Below are positions 1 through 10,257 of a DNA stretch of 64,000 bases, one piece after another. The translations under genes and the position numbers were made by a program. Below the pieces are notes generated by a model. That model was not told the DNA's origin and ran no database searches. It saw only the letters and a list, made by a program, of their open reading frames with translations. Location of the stretch: the NCBI GenBank assembly GCA_030446765.1, contig JAUJMR010000001.1, positions 273,826-337,825 of the forward strand. The letters are read 5' to 3'. The DNA comes from Chloroflexia bacterium. Lineage in GTDB: Bacteria > Chloroflexota > Chloroflexia > Thermobaculales > Thermobaculaceae. Each line of letters begins with the position of its first letter. The stretch's first letter is position 1.

Positions 1-362
1 ACTTCTTGAGCATGAACGGTTTCCTCTCCCGTACATTGGCCGATAGGTGCAGGCGGCACGTCGACTAAATAGGTGATCGAGCGTACACGATTCACAAGCC
101 TACCAGGACGGTGGCTGTGCGATCTTTGGGGCGAGCACACGACAAAGAAATGAACCCCGTGACAGCTTCGATACTACAGAAATTTCGCTCGACCGTCAAT
201 ACTACGGTTATGTAGTTGCGTCTAAGCGTTTGTGGTGATGGCACAAAAATGCTGACCTGGCGCCAATCGATATACCTGCTGCCCGCACGCAGCGGATGCG
301 GAAGGGGCGTAAACCTTCATGCTAGTAGGGCAGTTACCCGGTCAGGATAGACTGTGAGCGTT

Positions 363-1051
363 CTACTGACTCGCCACGGGTTCGGAGTGTGGACCGACCC
401 GAAATACACGGAATGCCGCCTCGACCGCCGGACCGATACCCAGGGCGAAGATCGCGGTACCGACGCCAGCCGTGCCACCCAGAAGCCACCCGGCGAGCAG
501 CGCGGTTAACTTTCGATTCCGGTGCGGACGAGGCCGACTCTCTGGCGGGTTTTGCGGCTCAGGACGAGCATCAAGCCGTCGCGCGGCCCTGCGCCGAGCC
601 CTGCTTTAATGTACAGTGCCGAGCCCACGCCTATTGTGCCGACGCCGATCACATCCATCGCGAGCCGGGCAAGCAGCCCTTTGCCCGCCAGGTCAGGCAC
701 GATTCCCACGTACAGCAGTGAGTCGATGAAGAGGCCGATCATCACCGCGTTCGCGACGGTGCCGATACCGGGCCGCTCACCAAGCGCCACATTCAAAAGA
801 AGCAAAGCCGCCCCAACCAGAATCCCAGCCTGACCAAAGCTGATCGGCAAGCGCAGACTCAATCCGTCGTGCAGCACGTCCCACGGCCCTAGCCCCATTC
901 CTGAGCGCAGCGTGAGCACAATTCCGAACGCGAACACGAACAGTCCGAGCACCAGCAACAACAACCTCACCGGTCGAAACAACGCCCGCTCCGCCGCCCT
1001 AGTCTCCGGCTCGCGTACTGCGGTCGCAAACCAGCGCGACCATGAATGCAC
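363..1051 (-). pseudogene. YczE/YitT-like integral membrane protein, frame broken near 506-510
   Basis: ORF 506..1051 is multi-TM (GMGLGPWDVL, GLGAGPRDGLM). Past its TAA (506-508) the shifted frame reads 48 more hydrophobic codons (LTALLAGWLLGGTAGVGTAIFALGIGPAVEAAF...) to TAG 363-365. The junction lies in a short A/T run. Confidence 0.6.
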
Positions 1052-1209
1052 AAAGCGGCGAAGCGGCAGCCGCTCGGCGGAGTGAACTTGCTATATCCGG
1101 AAAGGCCGCCGGTTCCGCACTGCCGCGGCTGAATCGCTGTCGGGTCACGGGACTAGTATAGCCACGCGGAGGCCGTCGATGCGCGGTGGCGATTGGTGAT
1201 GAGGTTAAG

Positions 1210-1269
1210 ATTGACGCAGCGTGCGGTAGAGAGCCGGAGATTTGGTAATATTGACGCAATGTGCGGTAG
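1210..1269. repeat. Two copies of a 20-nt direct repeat, ATTGACGCA(G/A)(C/T)GTGCGGTAG, with 40-nt period
   Basis: Copies at 1210-1229 and 1250-1269 differ at 2 positions. They lie upstream (minus sense) of the YczE-like gene and of a TATACT -10-like box (about 1157-1162 on the minus strand). Confidence 0.7.
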
Positions 1270-1280
1270 GGCATCACGCA

Positions 1281-2138
1281 CTAGGGGTCGGCAGCACCCA
1301 GGAGATCGCGCCACGCAGCAAGCGCAGACTCGACAGTACCAACGACCGGTGCCTGAGACGGGTGCGCAAAGCCCGGGCCCGGCACGGCGACGGTCCGGCC
1401 CCGCTCCCAGATCTCACCAACCGGCGAAACCGCCTTTCGCGCGAGCTCCTCGTATAGTGCTACCTTCTTGTCGCGGTCTGATTCCGCGAGGTAGCGCCGG
1501 AACGTATCCAGAAAGTCGGGATCATGTTCGATGAGGTAGCGAATCGCGAACTTCTCACCGCGCCACGGTACCTGGCGCAGCAGAAAGTACGCCTGTTTCA
1601 CATCTTCCACACTGTACAGCAGCCGCCAATCAACCACCTCTTGGCTCACTGGATCATCTGAACTCAGGTAGCGCTGAATCTGCGCCAGGTTGTAGCCGAT
1701 CTTCTGCCACACTTCGTGCAGTTCCTCCACTGCTGGAAGCGGTTGCACTGTCGCAGAATGCGATCGATTCCGCGCCTTGGCTAACCGGCCTGCGCGGTCG
1801 AACACAATGCGTCCTGCTTGCAGCCAGCGAATAATCGCCGCCTCCTCGCTGGCCTCTGGCCACGCCGTGTCGCTCTCAACGATGCGCTGGACTGCGTGCA
1901 CTGTAGTGCAATACACCTCAGTCAGACGGCCGTCAACCCAGGTGTTCACCATCCGCACCGGCGCCGTCTCGGTGTCCAGCACGAGCAACACATCGTAGTC
2001 GCTGTCCGGCGTCAGGTCGTCTGTGGCCGTGGTGCCCATTAAGAGGATGCCATCGACCAGGTGGTGGGCGGCGAGGCGTTGCACCGTCGCATGGAGCGAC
2101 ATAGTCATCGTCGTAGCAACCGTGGGCTTAAGGCGCAA
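1281..2138 (-). CDS. Nucleotidyltransferase-domain protein (Pol-beta superfamily)
   Basis: 285-aa ORF with an N-terminal GILLMGTTATDDLTPDSDYDVLLVLD motif (G-x-n-D-x-D type). Alternative starts at 2108 or 2102. Confidence 0.6.
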   Translation of the reverse strand: MRLKPTVATTMTMSLHATVQRLAAHHLVDGILLMGTTATDDLTPDSDYDVLLVLDTETAPVRMVNTWVDGRLTEVYCTTVHAVQRIVESDTAWPEASEEAAIIRWLQAGRIVFDRAGRLAKARNRSHSATVQPLPAVEELHEVWQKIGYNLAQIQRYLSSDDPVSQEVVDWRLLYSVEDVKQAYFLLRQVPWRGEKFAIRYLIEHDPDFLDTFRRYLAESDRDKKVALYEELARKAVSPVGEIWERGRTVAVPGPGFAHPSQAPVVGTVESALAAWRDLLGAADP

Positions 2139-2194
2139 CTCGATCTTTCCCGTGTCGTGAGTCGTTTTGCGCGAGCGAGAGCGACGGTCGATGG

Positions 2195-3823
2195 CTATAC
2201 TCGCTCCAAAAGGTCGTAGGCAGGGAGGGTGAGGAACTCCTCGAACGCGTCGCTCTCCGTGAGCGCTACGAACAGGTCACGCGCCACTTTATAACGCCCA
2301 GCGGCAAATGCCGCCTCGCCGACCTCATCCCGTATCTTCGCCATCTCCTCGGCAATTAGCGTGCGTACCAGCTCGATGTCGACCGGACGGCCATCGTCCA
2401 ACACACCCCGCGGTGAGCGTATCCACTGCCATACCTGTGCTCGGCTGATCTCAGCGGTCGCAGCATCCTCCATTAGGTTGTAGATCGGCGCGGCGCCCTG
2501 TCCCCGCAGCCATGATGCGATGTAGCGCACGCCGACACTGATGTTCATACGAAGGCCCAGTTCGGAGATTGGACCTTCCGGTGCCACGAGCATCTCGTCC
2601 GCTGTGACTCGCACATCCTCGCGCTTGCGTTCGATCTGGTTTGGCGAGGGCATCCGAGAGTCGAAAGCCGCCAGAGCCGTTGCCACGAGGGCAGGATGTG
2701 CGACCCAGGTGCCATCGTGCCCATCAGCTGCTTCCCGCTCCTTGTCGTCTCGAACCTTCGCGAAGGCCGCTTCATTCGCCTCCTCATCTCCCTTGACCGG
2801 TATCTGCGCCGCCATGCCGCCCATCGCGTGTGTCCCTCGCTGGTGACATGTCTGTATCAGGAGCAGCGAGTAAGCCCGCATGAAGGGAACGGTCATCGTC
2901 ACCAAGGCGCGATCCGGCAAAATACGGTCTGGGTGCCCCCGCAGCCGCTTGATATAGCTGAAGATGTAGTCCCACCTCCCGCAGTTCAGCCCCGCGGAGT
3001 GCTCGCGCAGCTCGTAAAGGATCTCGTGCATCTCAAAGGCGGCCGAGATCGTTTCGATGAGCACCGTCGCCTTGATCGTGCCTGGCGGCAGGCCGAGCTC
3101 CCATTGCGCATGGACAAACACCTCGTTCCAGAGGCGCGCCTCACGGTGCCCCTCAAGCTTGGGCAGGTAGAAAAACGGCCCCGCGCCCCGCTGTACCAGC
3201 TCGTGCGCGTTGTGGAAGACGTACAGCCCAAAGTCGAACAAGGCGCCGGAGATCGGTTGTCCATCTACCAGAAGGTGCTTCTCGGGCAGGTGCCAGCCAC
3301 GGGGGCGAACGAACAAGACAGCGCGTTTCTCAGAAAGGGTGTACTCCCTGCCGTCTGGGCTGGTGTAATCGATCTGGCGTCGGATGGCATCGCGAAGATT
3401 GCCTTGTCCGCGTACCATGTTCTCCCACGTTGGGGAGTTCGCGTCCTCGAAGTCCGCCATGAATACGCGGGCTCCTGAGTTCAGCGCGTTTATGACCATC
3501 TTGCGGTCGGTCGGACCAGTTATCTCCACCCGTCGATCTTGAAGCACCGCGGGCACCGGCGCGACGGTCCACGAACTCTCCCGAACGTCCCGGGTTTCTT
3601 GCAAGAACTCCGGCAAGGCGCCCGCATCCAGCTCGGCCTGGCGTTCCACTCGACGGTTCATGAGATCTTGCCGGGTCGATTCGAAGGCGCGATGAAGGTT
3701 CGCTACGAAGTCCAAGGCATCCGGGGTGAGGATTACCGCGAGGTCCGGTGGCACGGCCGCAAGCACTTCTACACCATCGGGCAACTGCAACGCGTGGTTG
3801 TTGGTTTGTTCAACGGTGTCCAT
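2195..3823 (-). CDS. aceB: Malate synthase A
   Basis: Strong family match along the whole length ([59 protein letters not shown]). ATG at 3823 follows a GAGGGGG RBS. The track ORF extends to 3880. Confidence 0.93.
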   Translation of the reverse strand: MDTVEQTNNHALQLPDGVEVLAAVPPDLAVILTPDALDFVANLHRAFESTRQDLMNRRVERQAELDAGALPEFLQETRDVRESSWTVAPVPAVLQDRRVEITGPTDRKMVINALNSGARVFMADFEDANSPTWENMVRGQGNLRDAIRRQIDYTSPDGREYTLSEKRAVLFVRPRGWHLPEKHLLVDGQPISGALFDFGLYVFHNAHELVQRGAGPFFYLPKLEGHREARLWNEVFVHAQWELGLPPGTIKATVLIETISAAFEMHEILYELREHSAGLNCGRWDYIFSYIKRLRGHPDRILPDRALVTMTVPFMRAYSLLLIQTCHQRGTHAMGGMAAQIPVKGDEEANEAAFAKVRDDKEREAADGHDGTWVAHPALVATALAAFDSRMPSPNQIERKREDVRVTADEMLVAPEGPISELGLRMNISVGVRYIASWLRGQGAAPIYNLMEDAATAEISRAQVWQWIRSPRGVLDDGRPVDIELVRTLIAEEMAKIRDEVGEAAFAAGRYKVARDLFVALTESDAFEEFLTLPAYDLLERV

Positions 3824-3996
3824 CCAGTAACCCCCTCGCAGCGTCGTTCGTCGCGAAAGTGTAGCACGGACACGACGCACACTCCAGTCAGTGCTCCATA
3901 CTGGCGTTGCGAGACGGAGCTTGTCTCCCGATGCCTGCTATACTGCGTACCGTTCGATTGACTGGCCACAGGGCGCCAAGCGAAAGGAAGACCCGT

Positions 3997-4746
3997 ATGA
4001 TAGCGCTTCAACTCTATACCGTCCGTGAGCAAACAGGGCAGGACTTCATCGGCACGCTGCGCCAGCTCGCCGACATGGGGTACCACGCGCTCGAGTTCGC
4101 GGGATACGGCGGCACCCCTGTGGCCGAGCTCCGGTCCGCGATGGATGAGTTTGGCTTGCACGCCATCTCGGCCCACGTTCCGTTCCCACAATTCGAGAAC
4201 AGCCCGCAACAAACCATCGAGGATCTGCGTACGCTGGGTTGTCGGCACGCGGTGGTGCCTGGCATCCCGGAGGAGCGGCGCTCCACCGTGGAGCAGGTAC
4301 GTGCGCTGGCCGACACTTTCAACCGGCTCGGCGAGACGTGCCGCGGCGAGGGGTTGCAGTTCGGTTATCACAATCACGCGCATGAGTTTGCACCGCTCGA
4401 CGGCACCACCATGTTCAAGCTCATTGCCGAGAACACCGATCCGGCGCTCGTCAACCTGGAACTGGATCTGTTCTGGGCACAGGTCGGGGGCATGGACCCG
4501 ATCGCGCTCATGCGCGAGTACGGGGGCAGAATGCCATTGTTGCATTGCAAGGATATGCTGGACGACGCGGAACACTCGGATGCACCCGTAGGAGCGGGCA
4601 TCCTGCCGTACGAGCAGTACCTGAGTGTCGGCTCTGAGATCGGCGCGGAGTGGTATATAGTGGAGCAGGACCACCCGCGCAATGCAATGGAAGACGTCCG
4701 GACCTCTCTGCGCAACCTGGAGAAGCTCGGGCAGTCCGCACAGTAA
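3997..4746 (+). CDS. Sugar phosphate isomerase/epimerase (xylose-isomerase-like TIM barrel)
   Basis: MIALQLYTVRE...GYHALEFAGY...HNHAHEF...ELDLFW...HCKD pattern. ATG 3997 follows an AAAGGAAG RBS. Confidence 0.8.
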   Translation: MIALQLYTVREQTGQDFIGTLRQLADMGYHALEFAGYGGTPVAELRSAMDEFGLHAISAHVPFPQFENSPQQTIEDLRTLGCRHAVVPGIPEERRSTVEQVRALADTFNRLGETCRGEGLQFGYHNHAHEFAPLDGTTMFKLIAENTDPALVNLELDLFWAQVGGMDPIALMREYGGRMPLLHCKDMLDDAEHSDAPVGAGILPYEQYLSVGSEIGAEWYIVEQDHPRNAMEDVRTSLRNLEKLGQSAQ

Positions 4747-4768
4747 GCTCGGATATGGTCCGTTGGTC

Positions 4769-6133
4769 GTGGTGCCTTTGACCGGAGCTGTGACCGCCGC
4801 TTTCCCGGAGGGGTTCGTTTGGGGAGTGGCCAGCGGGGCGTATCAAATCGAAGGCGCCGCGTACGAGGATGGCCGGGGCGAGTCGATCTGGGACCGCTTT
4901 AGTCACACGCCTGGCAAGACGCAGAACGGCGACACGGGCGACGTTGCGTGCGATCATTACAACCGGTGGCGCTCCGATATCACCCTGCTAGCGGAGCTCG
5001 GTGTGCACGCATACCGGTTCTCCGTTGCATGGCCCCGTGTCCTACCCCTTGGTCGTGGTAGACCGTTGGACGCAGGGCTGGACTTTTACGACCAGCTCGT
5101 CGATGGGCTGCTCGAAGCCGGAATCGTGCCGTGGGTGACGCTCTACCACTGGGATCTCCCACAGGCACTCGAGGACGAGGGTGGCTGGCCGAGCCGAAGT
5201 ACGGTGGAAGCCTTCGCGGGATACACGGACGTCGTCACGCGCAGGCTGGGCGATCGCGTAAAGCACTGGATCACACTCAACGAGCCATGGTCCAGCGCTT
5301 TCCTCGGGTACCGCGTGGGGCTCCATGCACCGGGCCGTACCAGTACGAAGGATGCCTTACAGGCGGCGCACAGCCTGCTGCTTGCCCACGGGACGGCTGT
5401 TCCGATCATACGGAGCAACGCTCCTGGTGCGCACGTCGGCATCATCCTGACTCCCGGCTCGATCTACCCTGCGACCGAAAGCGCGGAGGACCGTGCGGCC
5501 GCGGAGCGTTTCGACGGTCTCTTCAATCGATGGTTCCTGGACCCACTCTATGGCCGCGGCTATCCGAAAGATGCTCTTGCCTTGTACGGAAGTGAAGCGC
5601 CGCACACTCGTTCCGCAGACTTTCCGATCATCGCGGTCAAGACGGACTTCCTCGGGATCAACTGCCACGAGCCCGCCTTTGTGCGATACGCCGAAGAGAA
5701 CCAACCCTCTCGCATTGCGAGCGCGGAGCGCGCAGAAGCGGCTGGGGCGTTGGACTGGCCCACGACTCAGCGGGGCACCTACGACCTCCTCCGGCGGCTG
5801 CACGCGGACTATCCAACAGGTCCGATATACGTCGGCCAGGACGGCGCGGCCTTTGCCGACCCACCGCCCCGTGCCGGCCGAATCACGGATCCGGAGCGTC
5901 TAGCCTATCATGCCGATCATCTCGCCGCGTGCTCCCTAGCCATCGCCGACGGCGTGCCGGTTCGGGGATACTTCGCGGTGCCGTGGATGGACCTTTTTGA
6001 GTGGGCGTTTGGGTACACGCGCCGCTCCGGCATCATTGGCGTGGACTACGCGACGCAGCGGCGCACCATAAAGGTCAGTGGACGCTGGTATAGTCAAGCC
6101 ATCAAGGATAACGGATTCTCATCGGGCGGCTAG
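4769..6133 (+). CDS. GH1 family beta-glucosidase-like protein with a non-canonical nucleophile motif
   Basis: FPEGFVWGVASGAYQIEGA, YRFSVAWPRV, LYHWDLPQAL and ITLNEPW (acid/base) are all present. The start is uncertain (GTG 4769/4772 or TTG 4763). The nucleophile motif reads IYVGQDG instead of IYITENG. Confidence 0.85.
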   Translation: MVPLTGAVTAAFPEGFVWGVASGAYQIEGAAYEDGRGESIWDRFSHTPGKTQNGDTGDVACDHYNRWRSDITLLAELGVHAYRFSVAWPRVLPLGRGRPLDAGLDFYDQLVDGLLEAGIVPWVTLYHWDLPQALEDEGGWPSRSTVEAFAGYTDVVTRRLGDRVKHWITLNEPWSSAFLGYRVGLHAPGRTSTKDALQAAHSLLLAHGTAVPIIRSNAPGAHVGIILTPGSIYPATESAEDRAAAERFDGLFNRWFLDPLYGRGYPKDALALYGSEAPHTRSADFPIIAVKTDFLGINCHEPAFVRYAEENQPSRIASAERAEAAGALDWPTTQRGTYDLLRRLHADYPTGPIYVGQDGAAFADPPPRAGRITDPERLAYHADHLAACSLAIADGVPVRGYFAVPWMDLFEWAFGYTRRSGIIGVDYATQRRTIKVSGRWYSQAIKDNGFSSGG

Positions 6134-6360
6134 CACGGGTTGACTGCGTGGCAGCCGAGTCGCATTAAGGGCTTCCCGCCATGAGTGCCACGACCGGGTG
6201 ACTGCGCGCGGGGCTTAAAAATCGCGTAGCACGCTGGGTAGCCCGTATTCAAGCAGTGGCCGCGCGGTTCCGGCCTCGGCCGTGCGGTGTGGTCATCTCG
6301 GCAACAATTCGTGGGTGGAATGGTGGATCCCTAGGGTAGCAAAAACGGAGGAAACGAATC

Positions 6361-7584
6361 GTGGTGGCACGGCGCATGATCGCGGGTTTCCTCGCGGGCG
6401 CGAGCGGCCTTGCTGGTCTGTTGTTGCTCCTCATTCTACTCTTGGTGGGTTTCGGCTTCTTAAGCCTGGTCCGCGAACTGGCAATCGGTCAGCAGGGAGA
6501 GGTGGGTTTTTGGTCGGCACTGGGCACGTCGATCGCGCGAAGCATGCGCTCCCTTCCCGGATACTTCTGGAGCGCCCGTTGGGGCATGCTCGCCCTCGGC
6601 TTGCTCGGAATACTACTCGCCCTATCGGAAAGCTGGAAGCTGCGCGTACAGCGGCGCTGGCGCGATCAAGTCGGTCTTGTCGTAACGGCAGCCGCCGTGA
6701 GCGGGCTCATTTTCGGCGGCATCTACGCCTATCGTGAAGTGCTATACCGGCTCGTCGCGGACCGTCCCGAGTTGTCCAACCAGCAGGAGGTAGTGCTCAC
6801 ATCGACCGGCGCGCAGTTGTTCCTGGGCGCCGTGACAGCGCTGGCGTTCACGTACCTTATTTGGACGTCCTGGCATTTCTGGTACGAGCGGTGGAGCACC
6901 GTACTCCGCCTGAGCCAGCCCGAGTCCAGCGTCGCAGAACCTGTGCAGCCGCAAGTCGCCGCGGCTGATGACTGGCGCGCCCACCAGCAACGAATGGCTC
7001 GGCTCCGGCGTGATCCCGAGGCCGTCGACGAGTCATCGCCCCCGCCCGTGGTTAACCAGCCAACCAAACACGGCATCGGACCACACATTCTCGCGGGCCT
7101 CGTCGTCACGTCCGTGCTGCTGTACTTCCTTGCTCGGGCGTACGACGACATCGGTCCCGGACTCCTGAATGCGGGCATGTGGGTGACAACCGATCAGCGA
7201 GCCAACGCTGTCTCGCTCTCCTTCCCTCGCGAGCCGGTGCGCATGGTTGTTTCGAATACGGGCGGCTCCGGTACGGTGGGCTTGCGGCTAACCGAGCAAG
7301 GCGAGACGGTTCGAGATGTCGGTGCGATGCGCCTGCCCGGAAATCCCAGAACGTATGCCGCGGAGGAGATGCAGCTAGACGATCTCCCGGCGGGCGAATA
7401 TACGCTCGAAGCGACGCTCCATGACGGGGAAGGTGGTCTGCTCAACTATGCGGCGTTGTACGGTGGCGGTCTTCCCGGACGGCTCCTCGCTGCGGCGATC
7501 GGTCTCGCGGCCGGGGTTTGGGGGGCGCTCGCCACAATCGGGATGCTCGAGATATTAGCGGGCAGAGGTTACTTCGGACGGTGA
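6361..7584 (+). CDS. Hypothetical multi-pass membrane protein
   Basis: 407-aa ORF. GTG start after an ACGGAGGAA RBS. It has several hydrophobic segments and a C-terminal TM, and I recognise no family. Confidence 0.6.
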   Translation: MVARRMIAGFLAGASGLAGLLLLLILLLVGFGFLSLVRELAIGQQGEVGFWSALGTSIARSMRSLPGYFWSARWGMLALGLLGILLALSESWKLRVQRRWRDQVGLVVTAAAVSGLIFGGIYAYREVLYRLVADRPELSNQQEVVLTSTGAQLFLGAVTALAFTYLIWTSWHFWYERWSTVLRLSQPESSVAEPVQPQVAAADDWRAHQQRMARLRRDPEAVDESSPPPVVNQPTKHGIGPHILAGLVVTSVLLYFLARAYDDIGPGLLNAGMWVTTDQRANAVSLSFPREPVRMVVSNTGGSGTVGLRLTEQGETVRDVGAMRLPGNPRTYAAEEMQLDDLPAGEYTLEATLHDGEGGLLNYAALYGGGLPGRLLAAAIGLAAGVWGALATIGMLEILAGRGYFGR

Positions 7585-7680
7585 GACAGTTCGAGAAGTA
7601 GCTGATGTGGGACCTTTCCTACCCTACCGCAAGTGCCGTTGCGAGAGCTTCCACGATTGTCCGTACCAGCTGACCCGACT

Positions 7681-7710
7681 TTGACAGCGTTTCCGATGCT
7701 GTGCTACAAC
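7681..7710 (+). promoter_or_regulatory. Candidate sigma-70-type promoter (TTGACA, 18 nt, TGc-TACAAC)
   Basis: TTGACA at 7681-7686 and TACAAC at 7705-7710 preceded by TGc, about 110 nt upstream of the 7820 start. Confidence 0.4.
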
Positions 7711-7819
7711 GTGGCCTTGGGACCTGACCGGAACATCAGCACTGAGCTTGTGTGCGGGCGTATGCGTCGCGCGCCCGGGTAGAGCTTGTTCGATCGCACA
7801 GTGAAGGACACCACCTCAC

Positions 7820-9007
7820 ATGTCTCGTTTGTCTCGTCGTTTGCTTGCCGGCTCGTTCGCCCTGGGCACGGTGCTCATTGCCGCATATCTTACGATCGGC
7901 CCACGGTACGGCCTGCCGCTCGTTGGCGGCGCCGAGGTATCCGGCGAGTGGATGATGGAGGGCTATAACGGCGCACGCACGCGGGCAGTCGCGTCCGACT
8001 TAGCATTACCCTTGCAGGCAAGCAACGAGATCGCCCTGAAGGAGGCAGTCGCGGACGGCTCACCCATCGCAGTCGCCCGCGGGCTAGCCCTCGTCGAGGC
8101 AGAACGGACCCTCCGAGCCGTCGACCTGCGCAATGGGCGCGAACGCTGGTCATTCCCGGTGAGCGGCACGTATCTGTCGCCGGCGACGGATGGCGAGAGC
8201 GTCTTTCTCAAAGCAGAGTCCGCCAATCGCGGCCAGGTCTTCGCGCTCGACCTGGAGTCCGGTGCACAGCAGTGGGTCTTCACGCCGAAACGCGTGAGTA
8301 GTACCGAGCAGGGTTTTGTTGGCGGGCACGTAACGTCACCGGCCGTGTCTGGCGATGCCGTCGTGGTGGCATCGGGCAAGGAATTGTATGCACTGAACAA
8401 GCGTACGGGTGAGCCTCTGTGGGAGCTCTCTATGACGGAGTGGGTCACGGCTGCGCCTGCTGTCGGGAATGGCCGGATCTATCTAGCGGATTCGAAGTTC
8501 ATGTACGCGGTGGATGAGCGGACCGGTGAACTGGCCTGGAAGAAGCCTGCCGCCTTCTCACTGTACTTCGCGCCCATTGTTGCGGACGATACGGTATTTA
8601 TCCGGGACGGCAAGAAGATCGTTGCCCTGGCATCGGCGGACGGACAGAAGCGCTGGGAGAATCCGGTGGGTGGCGAAAGCTTGATCCCGGGAGCGGTGAG
8701 CAACGGGCGGCTGCTCGTCGTGACCACGGGCGCCCTGCTCGCACTCGACATCCGGACGGGACAGGAGGTCTGGCGGTACAGCCAGCCGAACTACATCTCT
8801 CTGCCCGCGGTGGCGGGTACGAAGGCATTCCTGCTGGCCGGAGCAACCGGCCAAACGACTCTCACAGCGCTTGATATCGAATCAGGGAAAGCGATTTGGA
8901 GCCAAAGAATTCCGGAGCTTGCTCCCGCGGCACCCGTCGTGGCCGGTGAGACGGTCTATGTAGGCACGAATGACGGACGTCTCCTCGGCTATTCCAGCTC
9001 ATCCTGA
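7820..9007 (+). CDS. PQQ-like (BamB-type) beta-propeller repeat protein with N-terminal membrane anchor
   Basis: Repeated 'G.(V/I)Y(V/L)...dG.l.Al(d/n)..tG...W' blades (e.g. GRIYLADSKFMYAVDERTGELAWK, GETVYVGTNDGRLLGY). The N-terminus is a hydrophobic anchor. Confidence 0.75.
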   Translation: MSRLSRRLLAGSFALGTVLIAAYLTIGPRYGLPLVGGAEVSGEWMMEGYNGARTRAVASDLALPLQASNEIALKEAVADGSPIAVARGLALVEAERTLRAVDLRNGRERWSFPVSGTYLSPATDGESVFLKAESANRGQVFALDLESGAQQWVFTPKRVSSTEQGFVGGHVTSPAVSGDAVVVASGKELYALNKRTGEPLWELSMTEWVTAAPAVGNGRIYLADSKFMYAVDERTGELAWKKPAAFSLYFAPIVADDTVFIRDGKKIVALASADGQKRWENPVGGESLIPGAVSNGRLLVVTTGALLALDIRTGQEVWRYSQPNYISLPAVAGTKAFLLAGATGQTTLTALDIESGKAIWSQRIPELAPAAPVVAGETVYVGTNDGRLLGYSSSS

Positions 9008-9105
9008 TCTGAACCCATACCGCGCTCCGATCCTCTGCCCGATCGTGCACTCCACGCTGGTATCCAGGTCACCGATCTATCGAATGCCGGCTTTAACTTT
9101 ACCTG

Positions 9106-9134
9106 TTGACAGCCCGATTGCATGGGAGTAATAT
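9106..9134 (+). promoter_or_regulatory. Near-consensus sigma-70-type promoter for the ABC operon (TTGACA, 17 nt, TAATAT)
   Basis: TTGACA 9106-9111, exact 17-nt spacer, TAATAT 9129-9134, about 120 nt upstream of ATG 9253. Confidence 0.6.
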
Positions 9135-9252
9135 GTGACATCCATCGAACCAGTAGGGTGAACATTGACCTTCGCTGGTGTCGAACAAGCTGGTCAACCT
9201 GGCTCGGTCCTCGATACAAGCGATCGTGCGTCGGTAACTTTCAGGAGGGACT

Positions 9253-10257
9253 ATGGCTGTTCGCATACTTCCACAGGGCACCGCAGCTAGGCGGGAGATG
9301 GCCTGGTTCTGGTTCTTCGTCGGTCCCTGGGTGTTTGGCTTCTTCGTATTCACCCTGGGTCCGATCCTTGCGTCGGCATACCTGAGCTTCACCCGCTACA
9401 ACGGACTCCGAGGCAACCCAAAATGGATCGGGTTCGACAATTACACGAACCTGATGGACAATCCGATTTTTTGGAAATCCCTTCAGGTCTCCGCCTATTA
9501 CACACTTCTCAGCGTGCCGCTTGGCATCTTTTTCTCATTGATGCTCGCACTGACACTGAATCAGCGGGTGCCGTTCCTCGGGGTCTTCCGCACTCTGTTT
9601 TATCTCCCGTCGATCATGCCCGCCGTGGCCGCTACGCTGTTGTTTGTGTGGCTGTTGAACCCGCAGTTCGGCATTCTCAATTACTTCATACGAACGCTCA
9701 TCGGTCCGGCAGGACTGATCCCGCTTGGCGTCAACGGTCCGAACTGGTTACAGGATCAGCGTTGGGTGATCCCCTCATTCACGCTGATCTCGTTATGGGG
9801 GTTCGGGGGAGGAATGCTCATCTATCTCTCTGCACTGCAAGGTGTGCCGACACACCTGTATGAGGCGGCGACCATAGATGGCGCGGGGTATCTCAAGCGG
9901 TTCTGGCACGTCACGCTGCCGATGATTTCTCCGGTTATCCTCTTCACAACCATCACTGGAGTCATCGGTTCCTTCCAGGTCTTTACACCCGCGTGGGTGA
10001 TCAACGGCGGCACGGGTGCGCCGAACTACCAGTCCATGTTTTACGTACTTTACCTCTTCGTGAACGCGTTCCGCCGCAACCGGATGGGCGTCGCGGCTGC
10101 ACAAGCTTGGCTGCTTTTCATTGTGGTGCTGCTGCTGACTGTCGTCTTCCTCTGGGCATCGCGTCGATTCGTGTATTACGAATCCGAGTCGGGTGGCCGC
10201 TACAGGCTTCGTCAGGACCACTCAGGTTCAAGTCAACCGAGAAAGGACTGGACACAG
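9253..10257 (+). CDS. Carbohydrate ABC transporter permease (MalF/UgpA type); 3' end unresolved
   Basis: AWFWFFVGPWVFGFFVFTLGPIL, EAATIDGAGYLKRFWHVTLPMISPV (EAA loop), ...ASRRFVYYESE. AGGAGG RBS before ATG 9253. The ORF has no stop until 10548, so the natural end (about 10190-10257) is inferred. Confidence 0.7.

Noticed and set aside
389-721. Plus-strand ORFs 389..721 and 522..833 at the left end.
   Set aside because: They overlap the YczE-like membrane gene on the opposite strand, have an Arg/Pro-rich composition and lack any RBS.
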